Origin: a virus
IMG/VR virus record: IMGVR_UViG_3300027974_000032
Coordinates: 11,015-75,014 of that record
DNA: 64,000 bases
Reading direction: 5' to 3' (one strand)
Shown here: positions 1 to 8,904 of the stretch, piece after piece
Layout: each line of letters opens with the position of its first letter
Position numbering within the stretch: the stretch's first letter is position 1
Notes under the pieces: generated by a model
The model's database searches: none
Seen by the model: only the letters and a program-made list of their open reading frames with translations
Told to the model about the DNA's origin: nothing
Made by a program: the position numbers and the translations under genes

Positions 1-566
1 ACACATCTAAAATTATTTTTTTGTGGAGCATAGTTTGTGTGATACATACTACCATCAAAGATTACAATGCTTCCAGCCTTTGGGTTTATGGTTTTAAAAA
101 CTGTTAACTCAGATTGATTGTATACTTTTCCAGAATACTTTTGATTATAAATTACTGTATCTCCATCAGAATCATTTACATAATAGATAACAACAAAATG
201 TTTTTCATCATTGTCAACGTGTGGCCAAGACAATCGCAGTTCTGTTGTACGAGATGTTAAATTAGACTTTGATCTGACTACTCTAACTGGTCCTAATATA
301 TTAAAAATGTTTAATTTGCTTAAAATGCTGTAAGAAATTTTTAATATTGGTCCTTCTGGAGAGTTAGAGTTATTTCCAGAAACTAAGAATGGGTAATCAG
401 AAAACATATCACCTATGACATAGCCAGGAGTATTTATGTCTGAGGTTATTTCTGCAGGGTTAAGAAAAAATGGTTGTAAATACATCACATTATTTTCAAT
501 ATCTAAAACTTCTTGTTTACTTAAAAAGTTATCGCTGTAAAAAAAGAAAGGGTCTTCCGTACTCAA
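1..566 (-). CDS. 2OG-Fe(II) oxygenase family protein (partial, runs off window start; not in ORF track)
   Basis: Manual translation from TTG at 566: ...WPHVDNDEKHFVVIYYVNDSDGDT...PKAGSIVIFDGSMYHTN...R; HxD...H triad of the double-stranded beta-helix fold. Confidence 0.8.
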   Translation of the reverse strand, partial: MSTEDPFFFYSDNFLSKQEVLDIENNVMYLQPFFLNPAEITSDINTPGYVIGDMFSDYPFLVSGNNSNSPEGPILKISYSILSKLNIFNILGPVRVVRSKSNLTSRTTELRLSWPHVDNDEKHFVVIYYVNDSDGDTVIYNQKYSGKVYNQSELTVFKTINPKAGSIVIFDGSMYHTNYAPQKNNFRC

Positions 567-730
567 CTGATATCTCCGCTATTCCTTATATCATCATAGT
601 GGTGTGAACATACATCAATTATTCTTGTTTCTGTTGCCCATATTTTTTCAGACTCTTCTTTGCATGATTCAACCTCGCATACTTGAAATGCTGAGTATAT
701 TAAATCCCTTGGATTTTTTAGTTTTATCAT
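563..730 (-). CDS. small putative Zn-binding protein, 55 aa (not in ORF track)
   Basis: MIKLKNPRDLIYSAFQVCEVESCKEESEKIWATETRIIDVCSHHYDDIRNSGDIS; exactly fills the gap, overlapping start/stop codons with both neighbours. Confidence 0.65.
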   Translation of the reverse strand: MIKLKNPRDLIYSAFQVCEVESCKEESEKIWATETRIIDVCSHHYDDIRNSGDIS

Positions 731-1155
731 TACTCTAGTTTACCATAGTCGTCTGGTATAAGTTTCTTTAATTCTTTATAGGCATTCGATATCTTTTTCA
801 TGGATGGATAGTGTGGGTAGGCGTCTCCAACAACTCCATACTCATCAAAATATTCAATTTCGGGTTCAATTTCATTAATAAAGATTGCAATTGCTTTTTG
901 AACATCCTCAATATAGTCAAAAGCCCAGTCTCTAGATTGAGAAACAAACTTTAAGAACCCATCAGTATTTTCAACTGATTTTGTTTCTGAAGAGTTCATT
1001 TCCTCTAATAGCCTTTCGGCAAAGATATTTCTATCTATGGCTATTTGAAGATTTTTGCTTACTAATGAGTTATTCTTTAATCTTAAACTAACATTATTGA
1101 ACATTAATAAAGAAAATAAAAAAACAAAAATACATGAGACTATAAGTTCAGTCAC
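730..1155 (-). CDS. hypothetical protein with N-terminal TM anchor
   Basis: 141 aa ORF, hydrophobic N-terminus, translationally coupled. Confidence 0.7.
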   Translation of the reverse strand: MTELIVSCIFVFLFSLLMFNNVSLRLKNNSLVSKNLQIAIDRNIFAERLLEEMNSSETKSVENTDGFLKFVSQSRDWAFDYIEDVQKAIAIFINEIEPEIEYFDEYGVVGDAYPHYPSMKKISNAYKELKKLIPDDYGKLE

Positions 1156-1406
1156 TATGGTTTCCCACCTTCTCTTACAAGAAGAACAATGGCCCCATTA
1201 TCCTCTAATGCATTTTTAACATTTACCATATACTCTACAGCCTCACGCTTTTGATCATCAGAAAGTCTCATAAAATCTTCTTCTTTTGCCTTTACTGTTA
1301 AAAAGTGATCATGATCAATTAACTGCAAGGAAAAGTTTTTGGGAGCACGTATTGAATGAAAAGCCATTCTCATCTGATCTGTATACACTATGCTTCTCTT
1401 TTCCAA
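1155..1406 (-). CDS. hypothetical protein
   Basis: 83 aa ORF in operon. Confidence 0.65.
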   Translation of the reverse strand: MEKRSIVYTDQMRMAFHSIRAPKNFSLQLIDHDHFLTVKAKEEDFMRLSDDQKREAVEYMVNVKNALEDNGAIVLLVREGGKP

Positions 1407-1600
1407 TGAACAAAAGACTTTATGTACACAGCAGAATATGCCGTTGCCATTGCAATAAATCCATACTGTTTAGTTGCTAGGGCATATGCAATCCATATGC
1501 ACTCATTGGTAAGTAGCACAAGCCATCCCCAAATTGTTTTTCTTCCAACAAAATATATTCCAGTTACTCCAACTACAGCAAGAACCCAAGACCACCACAT
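1388..1600 (-). CDS. small 3-TM membrane protein, PnuC/SemiSWEET half-transporter-like
   Basis: Three hydrophobic segments; RK.IWGW...N..W.AY.....YG pattern resembles a PnuC repeat. Confidence 0.5.
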   Translation of the reverse strand: MWWSWVLAVVGVTGIYFVGRKTIWGWLVLLTNECIWIAYALATKQYGFIAMATAYSAVYIKSFVHWKREA

Positions 1601-1601
1601 A

Positions 1602-2048
1602 CTAACCCTTATCTATTAGACCCACATAATCACTACATATACCATATATCGTATCATAATCTACACCAGAAGTCAAGTCAACATCAACTAAAACTGATAA
1701 TCTTGATACAGGTTTTTCTGGATAAGTCCAAATAATATTTTGACTTGTTAAAGTAAAGTCATCTTCCTGATGCCAAAAAAAATTACAAAATTTAAAGTTT
1801 TTTGCAAAAATATAAAGAGCCTCTAGATTTTTGCAATGAAACCAAGCAACATCTGCCACATCCATAATAAAAAATGGATCTACTGGGTATAGTGGTTCAC
1901 TGTGTCCAAGAAAAAAGTTACCATTAATAAACCAGATGTCAATTTCAACTTCATATCCAAGTTCTATTGCATTTAAGATGTATTCTGGAACATTTTCAAG
2001 GTCTGGGTTTGCTCCGTAAACATTGCCTCGATGTGCTATTTTAATCAA
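1602..2048 (-). CDS. glycerophosphodiester phosphodiesterase / PLC-like protein
   Basis: IAHRG, EN, VEIDIW, LGH, GICSDY motifs. Confidence 0.75.
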   Translation of the reverse strand: MIKIAHRGNVYGANPDLENVPEYILNAIELGYEVEIDIWFINGNFFLGHSEPLYPVDPFFIMDVADVAWFHCKNLEALYIFAKNFKFCNFFWHQEDDFTLTSQNIIWTYPEKPVSRLSVLVDVDLTSGVDYDTIYGICSDYVGLIDKG

Positions 2049-3409
2049 TGGCTGACCCTATTAGATAAATAATAATTTAAATCTTCTGGAGTTCCAACTC
2101 CCCACATTTTTTTAATATCGCTAGTAAAAATTCTTTTATTATCTAAAATTGCTTCATTAAAAACTGGGCAGACATAAAACTCATTATTAGTTCTAATATT
2201 TTTATCAATCATTTGTTCTGAATACTTAACAAAATCAGAACCATGTTTCCAATAATATATACCAACTGTTGCTATATCACTAATAGGCTTTTTTTCTGCT
2301 ACTTCAACAACTAATCCATTATCATCAACCCTAGCATATGACCATTTTGGATGTGTTGATTTAAATGTTGCTATTCCTCCATCTGCATTTTTTGTCATTA
2401 GGTCATATATAAACTGTCGACTATTCCATTCTACTATTTGATCAGAGTTTGCCATAATAAGCGGACTTTCGCTATCTATATATTCTTTGGCTAAAAGGCA
2501 TGTTACTGCAGCCCCCTCAGTAACTCCATCTACCTGAACAATATTGCATTCTGGAGTGATAAGATTTAATAAATAAGACAGATTATATTTTTCGTAGTGC
2601 TCTTTTTGTACTATATAGGTATACTTTGCTTTTACCCCAAGAGACTCCACCACAGCCTGAATCATGGGTTTGCCATCTACTTCGACCAATGGCTTAGGGA
2701 ATACGTATCCAGCATCCTTAAAACGGCTTCCAAGCCCAGCCATGGGTATTAGAACATTAAGGCCCTGATCTTTCCAAGTTGCTCCGCTATATTTTAAAAG
2801 ACTAATAGCCTTATTAATCTTATCTTCTGTAAGGTCTGTTCTATTCTTAATTTCAATTAGATTTGCCTTGCTATCTCTTGCTGCTAATTTCCCAACAAGA
2901 CTATCTTCAAAAATAACTGTCTCATCTGCAATTACACCAAAGTGTGACATGGCTTGCCAGTACATTTCTGGGTGTGGCTTTGGATTTTTAACATCTTCAT
3001 TACTTACAACGTGGTCTACTAAGTTTAAGACTCCTAAACTTTTGAGACAGTCAATAACTGTTTTACTAATGCTGTTACTTGCTACGGCTATATTAATATT
3101 ATTATCTTTAATCATAGTAAGCAGTCTAACTAAATCTTTGTCTTCTGGAATATTGGAAAACATTGTGCTTGTTATTTCTTGTTTTATTGACCACACACTA
3201 TCAAACATTTCTTCTGGAAGACCTTTGTATTTATTTAAAAGGCTTAGTTTTGCTTTTGTTGGTAGACCCTCATATATATTTTCTTGCTCTTCTTTTGTTA
3301 TAACATAAGATATGTCAAGTGATCTAAGTGCGTCATTGAGTGCATCAAAATGAATTGTTTTGCTATCAACAAGTACCCCATCTAAATCAAAAGCAATCAA
3401 CTTATTCAT
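2045..3409 (-). CDS. HAD phosphatase - nucleotidyltransferase fusion
   Basis: N-terminal FDLDGVLVDS, KPHP, FEDS (HAD); C-terminal LIPMAGLGSRF...PKPL, EKKPIS..ATVGIYY, GTPEDL (sugar-phosphate NTP transferase). Confidence 0.9.
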   Translation of the reverse strand: MNKLIAFDLDGVLVDSKTIHFDALNDALRSLDISYVITKEEQENIYEGLPTKAKLSLLNKYKGLPEEMFDSVWSIKQEITSTMFSNIPEDKDLVRLLTMIKDNNINIAVASNSISKTVIDCLKSLGVLNLVDHVVSNEDVKNPKPHPEMYWQAMSHFGVIADETVIFEDSLVGKLAARDSKANLIEIKNRTDLTEDKINKAISLLKYSGATWKDQGLNVLIPMAGLGSRFKDAGYVFPKPLVEVDGKPMIQAVVESLGVKAKYTYIVQKEHYEKYNLSYLLNLITPECNIVQVDGVTEGAAVTCLLAKEYIDSESPLIMANSDQIVEWNSRQFIYDLMTKNADGGIATFKSTHPKWSYARVDDNGLVVEVAEKKPISDIATVGIYYWKHGSDFVKYSEQMIDKNIRTNNEFYVCPVFNEAILDNKRIFTSDIKKMWGVGTPEDLNYYLSNRVSH

Positions 3410-4403
3410 CTTTGTTCCTTGAGTCTATAAAGTTAAATGCTGGAGTAGACACAATTCTTTTAATTAATGTATCTGCTTCTGTATTTATATTTGGAAAACC
3501 AAAATAGTTGCAGTTTTTTCTAAAAGCAATTGCATGATAAAAATGATGTTGACCTTCTTCAAACCCAAACCGATTTTCTGTTTTATCCATATAGTTTACA
3601 TGAGAAACATTTGTTATTAGTGTTGTCATTAATTCTATAACTGTGCCACCTGGCTGCATAAACATAACATTTGTCAGTCCACCACCAGTAATTCCTACTA
3701 TAGTATCAACTTCATAGAAATAGTTTAACTGATCTTCAAAAGAATCAAAATCTTCTGGGATCACAACCTCAAATCCATTATCAAGAAAAAAGTTTTCAAG
3801 TTTTTCTTCATCATCTATTCTATTATAGGTATTTCTTGTCAGTTTTTTAGAAAACTCTTCTCCATATTGCTTATTCTTATAATTAGTTAAACCCTTTCTA
3901 CTCAAATATACTTTTCTAAAAGGCTTAACATCTTGATTTTTAATAAAAGGCATTACATATTTCATCAATATGTTTGATGCATTATGATCTACAACCCTCT
4001 GGGTTCTTATGTAGAAATTATCAATATTAACGCTGCTACCCTTTGTTAGATCTACCTTTTCATAATTAACATTATGATAATCTAATAGTTTAAAGCAAAA
4101 CTCATTTACCTTGTGAGTCACTGGTGTTCTATTTGGAATAGACACATCTATAATAAACAATGTATCAGGATTAAGTTCAAATATATGAAAGACCGTTCCT
4201 AAAAAATCATGCATACAATGATAAAAACTTATTGGAAGCCTCATGATCATTTTTGTTTGATCTGAATAAAAGGACATACTTTCTTCATTAACTGGCTCTA
4301 ACACACGAAAGTCTGGATTATATCCAACATTCCAAGAATACTTATCCTTGATGAGTTCATAGTCACTATCAGAAGTGGTTATTGTTTGAATTGTTACTGC
4401 CAT
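3402..4403 (-). CDS. glycosyltransferase family 61 (DUF563)
   Basis: FYHCMHD, KVYLSR, PEDF.SFEDQL.YF, IVGITGGGLTNVMFMQPGGTVIEL. Confidence 0.85.
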   Translation of the reverse strand: MAVTIQTITTSDSDYELIKDKYSWNVGYNPDFRVLEPVNEESMSFYSDQTKMIMRLPISFYHCMHDFLGTVFHIFELNPDTLFIIDVSIPNRTPVTHKVNEFCFKLLDYHNVNYEKVDLTKGSSVNIDNFYIRTQRVVDHNASNILMKYVMPFIKNQDVKPFRKVYLSRKGLTNYKNKQYGEEFSKKLTRNTYNRIDDEEKLENFFLDNGFEVVIPEDFDSFEDQLNYFYEVDTIVGITGGGLTNVMFMQPGGTVIELMTTLITNVSHVNYMDKTENRFGFEEGQHHFYHAIAFRKNCNYFGFPNINTEADTLIKRIVSTPAFNFIDSRNKDE

Positions 4404-4687
4404 TATTGCTCCATAGTCATTCTAGTCCAAAAACTTCCCCAGTCTTTTTTATTCCTATGACTATTATACTCCCTTGATATCTCACCTGACTCTAGGTATA
4501 CCCCGCCCCAAATACCCCATTCCTTCCCAGTAACTCCAACTGCAAAACAGTTTTTGCTTACTGGACATGAAGAACAAAGTTTATCTACGGCTGGCCTCAG
4601 AATCTCATCGTCTTCATATTTATCAAAGAATAAGTCTGTGTCATAGTCTAAACAAGAAGATTGATCTTTCCATTCATGTTTAGCCAT
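4403..4687 (-). CDS. whiB: WhiB-family Fe-S transcription factor (start refined to ATG 4687)
   Basis: W....C...DTDLFF...C..CPV...C......GIWGG: four Cys plus the G[IV]WGG turn. Confidence 0.92.
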   Translation of the reverse strand: MAKHEWKDQSSCLDYDTDLFFDKYEDDEILRPAVDKLCSSCPVSKNCFAVGVTGKEWGIWGGVYLESGEISREYNSHRNKKDWGSFWTRMTMEQ

Positions 4688-4898
4688 TAGTTTCCACGAA
4701 CTTACTTGGTATATCCCAACCAGTTCTATTTGCCTCGTATCTAGTCTGAATATGCCATTTGCCATTAACTAGAGCACCATTTGCAGATGACCTAGCCTTA
4801 TCAGATGGGATGGAGTTTACTACTGTCCAACCATCCCAAGATAGTGTCTTATTGTTTTCAACAACTTTTTCCATATGTTCTAATGTTTTGATAATCAT
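4680..4898 (-). CDS. hypothetical protein
   Basis: 72 aa ORF, RBS upstream. Confidence 0.7.
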   Translation of the reverse strand: MIIKTLEHMEKVVENNKTLSWDGWTVVNSIPSDKARSSANGALVNGKWHIQTRYEANRTGWDIPSKFVETNG

Positions 4899-4907
4899 TT
4901 CATTCTC

Positions 4908-5258
4908 CTAGTATCTAAATATTCCGACTTCGACATTATTTAATTGTGCGGTATCGATTAATTTTGAGACTTGCTCACCCTCATTTGAAAGGAAAGCCAT
5001 ATAGTTAAATGTCTCAATATTTTCAGATATCCACTGTGGTGCAACTTTAAAAAACTTAATCTTTTTACCTCTAGACTTCATCCCTCTTTCAGAAAGATTT
5101 ATGAATTCAGAAACCATAGAGTTTATGTTTGCTGGACCAGCAGAATATACATAAAAATATTCATCTTCTATTGGAAGTCCAGAAAGGGCTACACCCATTG
5201 CACGAAGAAATACTTGGTAGTCACTAAAACTACTTGTTCCCTGTACTCCCACTATCAT
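4908..5258 (-). CDS. hypothetical protein, possible SLOG/YspA-like fold
   Basis: MIVGVQGTSSFSDY resembles the I.V.GSR.F.DY start of DUF2493/YspA-like proteins. Confidence 0.45.
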   Translation of the reverse strand: MIVGVQGTSSFSDYQVFLRAMGVALSGLPIEDEYFYVYSAGPANINSMVSEFINLSERGMKSRGKKIKFFKVAPQWISENIETFNYMAFLSNEGEQVSKLIDTAQLNNVEVGIFRY

Positions 5259-5646
5259 TTTTATCTCCATCTGTTAATTGATCTATTATAAAGATCATCT
5301 TGTCTAATTCTACCTTACCCATACCCATTGTGTCAACTACACGTGTGCTCTCCTTATTTATCCCGTTCTCATCAAATTCTGCTGTGTGAAATAGGTTATC
5401 CTTAATCCAGTATGCAGATCCCTCCACGATAATAACACGAACATTATGTTTATCTTCATATTTAGTTGCTTGGGTGGAAAGCCTTTTCTTTGCTGGAGGA
5501 TGAAGATCTAGCAATGGCTTGACTAAAGAATATATATGACTTTGGCTATATTTTATTTGCCCAGTCTCCCTTTTTGGAATAGGAAATCTAAGTCCAATAA
5601 AAACAATAGACGCAAAGGTAATAAAAGATCCAAGCAAATATTTCAT
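5230..5646 (-). CDS. hypothetical protein with N-terminal TM
   Basis: 138 aa ORF; GGAG RBS and TACAAT upstream. Confidence 0.7.
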   Translation of the reverse strand: MKYLLGSFITFASIVFIGLRFPIPKRETGQIKYSQSHIYSLVKPLLDLHPPAKKRLSTQATKYEDKHNVRVIIVEGSAYWIKDNLFHTAEFDENGINKESTRVVDTMGMGKVELDKMIFIIDQLTDGDKNDSGSTGNK

Positions 5647-5669
5647 TTTTCTCCCCTGAAACTATTGTA

Positions 5670-5999
5670 CTACCCTTGTTCCATTATTCTAATAATTTCC
5701 TTTAGACTAAATTGCATACCTTTATCTAATCTTAAAACCTCAGACTTATCTATAGCCTTTTGTGTTAGTTTAACCATAGGATTTTTGTCTGTTACATCCA
5801 TATCAATATATCCAAGGCTCCAAAGAGACATAACGTCTTGATGAAAATATGAAAAGAATTCATTATGTAGTTCTGGGTTTACCTCTTCTAACTTATTAGT
5901 AAAGTTATATAGGGGTTCTCCTGTCTCCATATCAATACCACAAGCCTCTAGCGCTCCCGCAAGAATTAGTTCCTCAATTATCTTATCTTCTTCATTCAT
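5670..5999 (-). CDS. hypothetical protein
   Basis: 109 aa ORF in operon. Confidence 0.7.
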   Translation of the reverse strand: MNEEDKIIEELILAGALEACGIDMETGEPLYNFTNKLEEVNPELHNEFFSYFHQDVMSLWSLGYIDMDVTDKNPMVKLTQKAIDKSEVLRLDKGMQFSLKEIIRIMEQG

Positions 6000-6243
6000 T
6001 TACAAACTCCAAAAATTGTTCACGAGTTTTGGCACCATTCATCCGCTTAACCTCTATACCATCATTAATCAAAACGTAGGTGGGAACAGATTTGATGCCA
6101 AATTTTTCTATTAGTTCAAGTTCTGTATCTGCATCAACAAATATAAAATCAACCAACCCCTCACGCTTAAGTTCATCGGCAACTGGCTTTGTCCTTTGAC
6201 ATGGATTACACCAATCTGCTGTAAAATAAAGTACATGCTTCAT
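5992..6243 (-). CDS. thioredoxin
   Basis: FTADWCNPC active site, SVPT cis-Pro motif. Confidence 0.9.
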   Translation of the reverse strand: MKHVLYFTADWCNPCQRTKPVADELKREGLVDFIFVDADTELELIEKFGIKSVPTYVLINDGIEVKRMNGAKTREQFLEFVNE

Positions 6244-6881
6244 TTAACTAATACTACACTAAACTTGGTGTTTTTGCAAGACTTCAAACCTGTGGCAATA
6301 AAGTTTTTTTCAGTTTTATCTACAGACAAACTCCATCTAACTTTAATTGAAACCCAATTTACTAAGTACTCACAAGCATAGGCTTTATTTGTTGGCATCC
6401 ATTCTGCTGGATCTTGGTCAGACTTAGATCTATTTGAACCACCAGTTACAGCAATTAAGTGACGAGGATCTGTTTGGTCATTAGCATACATCTCCTTCTT
6501 TGCTGCATCCCAAGCAGATGCACCAGAGTCCCAAGCCTCTGCAAGTGGAACCATATGATCTACATCTAGTTTCCCTGCTTCTGTAACCACAATATTATCA
6601 TAGATGCTTAGCCATTGCCCACCCTTAATTACACAGCCTTTTTCAACTACAGGCTTCTTAACTGCCTCAGCAATAATTACTGCCTTGCGTGAGTCACAAC
6701 CATTTCCAGCACCTGTCCAGTGCTTAAATAGTGTACGCTTATATCCTGTACGAACCTCATCTGCTACTTTAAGAGTATTCAAAGCAGTTGTAGCATCCTT
6801 ATATGATACTGTACTTGCTGCTTGAGCAGCACTTGCAACCATAGAAATACTAATGATTGCGGTTAATAATAGTTTACGCAT
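6240..6881 (-). CDS. secreted HNH endonuclease (DUF1524 type); start refined to ATG 6881
   Basis: Signal peptide MRKLLLTAII...AQA; DVDHMVPLAEAWDSGA...YAND...LIAV....NRSKSD.DPAEW.P. Confidence 0.88.
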   Translation of the reverse strand: MRKLLLTAIISISMVASAAQAASTVSYKDATTALNTLKVADEVRTGYKRTLFKHWTGAGNGCDSRKAVIIAEAVKKPVVEKGCVIKGGQWLSIYDNIVVTEAGKLDVDHMVPLAEAWDSGASAWDAAKKEMYANDQTDPRHLIAVTGGSNRSKSDQDPAEWMPTNKAYACEYLVNWVSIKVRWSLSVDKTEKNFIATGLKSCKNTKFSVVLVK

Positions 6882-7083
6882 TCTTTCTCCCCCAATTAAT
6901 TTTATCCCAAATTCTTTCATGCCAATAATAAATTCCAACCTTAACAATTGTTTCCCACATTGCAATTAGAGCAGAAAGACTTCCTTTTCCAGTAATAGCA
7001 TAGGCAACCAAAAAAGATGATAATGTACCAAAAATACGATAACTTAATGACTTCGTAAATGATCTTTGTTTAGTTACTTTCAT
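6874..7083 (-). CDS. DUF2061 membrane protein
   Basis: RS..KS.SYR...YY.HERIW.KI.WG. Confidence 0.85.
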   Translation of the reverse strand: MKVTKQRSFTKSLSYRIFGTLSSFLVAYAITGKGSLSALIAMWETIVKVGIYYWHERIWDKINWGRKNA

Positions 7084-7283
7084 TCTCTACCCCATGACGT
7101 TTTGTTCCATGCTCTTTCATGAACATAATAAAGTATAAAGTTTATGCCATTTGTTAAAAGAGTTCCAACCCAGGCTACTTTGATCTCACCACTAACAATA
7201 TAGATTGATATAAAAGTTGTTATAAGTGCTATAACTCTCCATGTTAATGATTTTATTAATGATCTTTTTTTATTTACGTTCAT
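7080..7283 (-). CDS. DUF2061 membrane protein
   Basis: RSLIKSLTWR...YYVHERAW.K..WG. Confidence 0.85.
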   Translation of the reverse strand: MNVNKKRSLIKSLTWRVIALITTFISIYIVSGEIKVAWVGTLLTNGINFILYYVHERAWNKTSWGRE

Positions 7284-7413
7284 TTTTGTCGCCAAACATT
7301 ATTCGCTCTTCTGCTTCATTCATTTTCTTGCCAGACTCTTCAATATAACTAAATGCTGAAACACTTATTTTTTTTATAAAATTAAATATAATAATAAATA
7401 CTTTATTCATCAT
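7270..7413 (-). CDS. small hypothetical protein, 47 aa (not in ORF track)
   Basis: MMNKVFIIIFNFIKKISVSAFSYIEESGKKMNEAEERIMFGDKNERK; ATGA overlap with the upstream stop. Confidence 0.5.
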   Translation of the reverse strand: MMNKVFIIIFNFIKKISVSAFSYIEESGKKMNEAEERIMFGDKNERK

Positions 7414-8144
7414 TTTTCCTTTCCAGAAATCACAAGTGTTGGTTGCTGAACCCTGTTTTTTAAAACAAAGTCCATTATATCACTTAACTTTCCTTCCATC
7501 ATAAACTCATCTTGTGTTGTTAAGTTGCTCAAAAGAGTCATCTCTTTTTCTGCACCCAAATGATACAGTAACTCTTTAAAAAATATATCCTGTATCTCAT
7601 GATGATAAAATATTACTGATGGATATTGACTATTTTTTATATTTTCGTATATATATTTTTTGTTCTTATCATAAAAGATCATTCCATAAAAAGAAAATGA
7701 TTGACCATAGTAAAATTTAGAATAAGATAGTGAGTCAATTACTGAGGATGGGCCTGGTAAAATTTTGTATTTAATACCTTTTGATATGGCTAACTGCCTA
7801 ATTGTATCAAATGGATCTTGAACAATTGCACTTCCCTCATCAGATAAGCACAAAACAGTTTCATTTAAAGAAATATGCCTCATTACCTCATCAGACATTC
7901 TTTGTCCGCTATTGTTGACACCCTTTAAATCATGAGTTATACCATTTGTCATAAAATCTCTTGGAGAAAAACTAACTATCTCTCCAGTAAAGTTTAACTC
8001 ATAGCGATCAATTATTTCTTTTATGGTTTCTTCATTTTCAACAGCAAGAACTTCTGCTTTTTCAATATGATTGACTAAATTATATGTTAAGTCGTCTAGG
8101 TTACCTATTGGCATTGTTCCAAATATTAGTTTTGCATTACTCAC
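7410..8144 (-). CDS. RsmI-like tetrapyrrole-methylase-fold SAM methyltransferase (divergent)
   Basis: PIGNLDD.T, LSDEGS....DP and ILPGPSS...SL match RsmI motifs TPIGNL.D, VSDAG.P..SDPG and PGPSA. Confidence 0.7.
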   Translation of the reverse strand: MSNAKLIFGTMPIGNLDDLTYNLVNHIEKAEVLAVENEETIKEIIDRYELNFTGEIVSFSPRDFMTNGITHDLKGVNNSGQRMSDEVMRHISLNETVLCLSDEGSAIVQDPFDTIRQLAISKGIKYKILPGPSSVIDSLSYSKFYYGQSFSFYGMIFYDKNKKYIYENIKNSQYPSVIFYHHEIQDIFFKELLYHLGAEKEMTLLSNLTTQDEFMMEGKLSDIMDFVLKNRVQQPTLVISGKEK

Positions 8145-8902
8145 AGTCCTAGTTCCTTGCGTTTTTCAGTTGCAGATATAGCATGTATCTCTGCACCCAA
8201 ATCAACCTGCTCAATCTTATAACCGACATCACGACCATATACAATGTTAGTGATATTAGGAAGTCTTAATACTAGTGCACCATCCATAAATTCATCCTTG
8301 GCAATGTACTCTTTAACCTGATCAAACTTAAGTGGATCTTTCTCACTTGTATTATAAGTGTTACGGACTCCAAGAAGGACTTGATCTGTTCTCTTCCCCG
8401 CCTCTTTGTAAAGTGCGTGATGGCCTTCGTGCCATGGTTGATATCTACCAAGCATAAGAGTTGTTGGTGCTGACCAATCATGGAGATTAAACTTGTCTAT
8501 AATATGTGATGACTTCTCTACTGCACCAAGATTATGACTAATAAAAGATACATCAGGACTCTCTGGACGCTCAAACATCTTATTTGTGTCTTCAAAACGG
8601 CCCTCTGCAATGGTATCCATAAATACTAAAATATCTGGCTTTCCAAATGCTGCACGAGTCAATTCTGTTGGACATACAAAATCTACAATTACTGGAGCAA
8701 CACCTTGCTTAGCAATTAGTCTTGCCATCTCACCCATACGACGTGCTTGCTCAATTCTATCTTCTGATGTAAAGCCTAGATCTGAGTTAACAGTTGCACG
8801 AACTTCATCTGCGTTAAGATGAATAGCATTAATGCGTTCCTTAAGTGTTTTTGCAAGTTCAGTTTTCCCTGATCCTGGAAGCCCAATAATTTGTATAATC
8901 AT
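8141..8902 (-). CDS. adenylylsulfate kinase (CysC-like) fused to an HxGH nucleotidyltransferase domain
   Basis: GLPGSGKT P-loop, ADEVR...DLGF..EDR; C-terminal GRYQPWHEGH and ISAT..R. Confidence 0.88.
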   Translation of the reverse strand: MIIQIIGLPGSGKTELAKTLKERINAIHLNADEVRATVNSDLGFTSEDRIEQARRMGEMARLIAKQGVAPVIVDFVCPTELTRAAFGKPDILVFMDTIAEGRFEDTNKMFERPESPDVSFISHNLGAVEKSSHIIDKFNLHDWSAPTTLMLGRYQPWHEGHHALYKEAGKRTDQVLLGVRNTYNTSEKDPLKFDQVKEYIAKDEFMDGALVLRLPNITNIVYGRDVGYKIEQVDLGAEIHAISATEKRKELGL

Positions 8903-8904
8903 TT

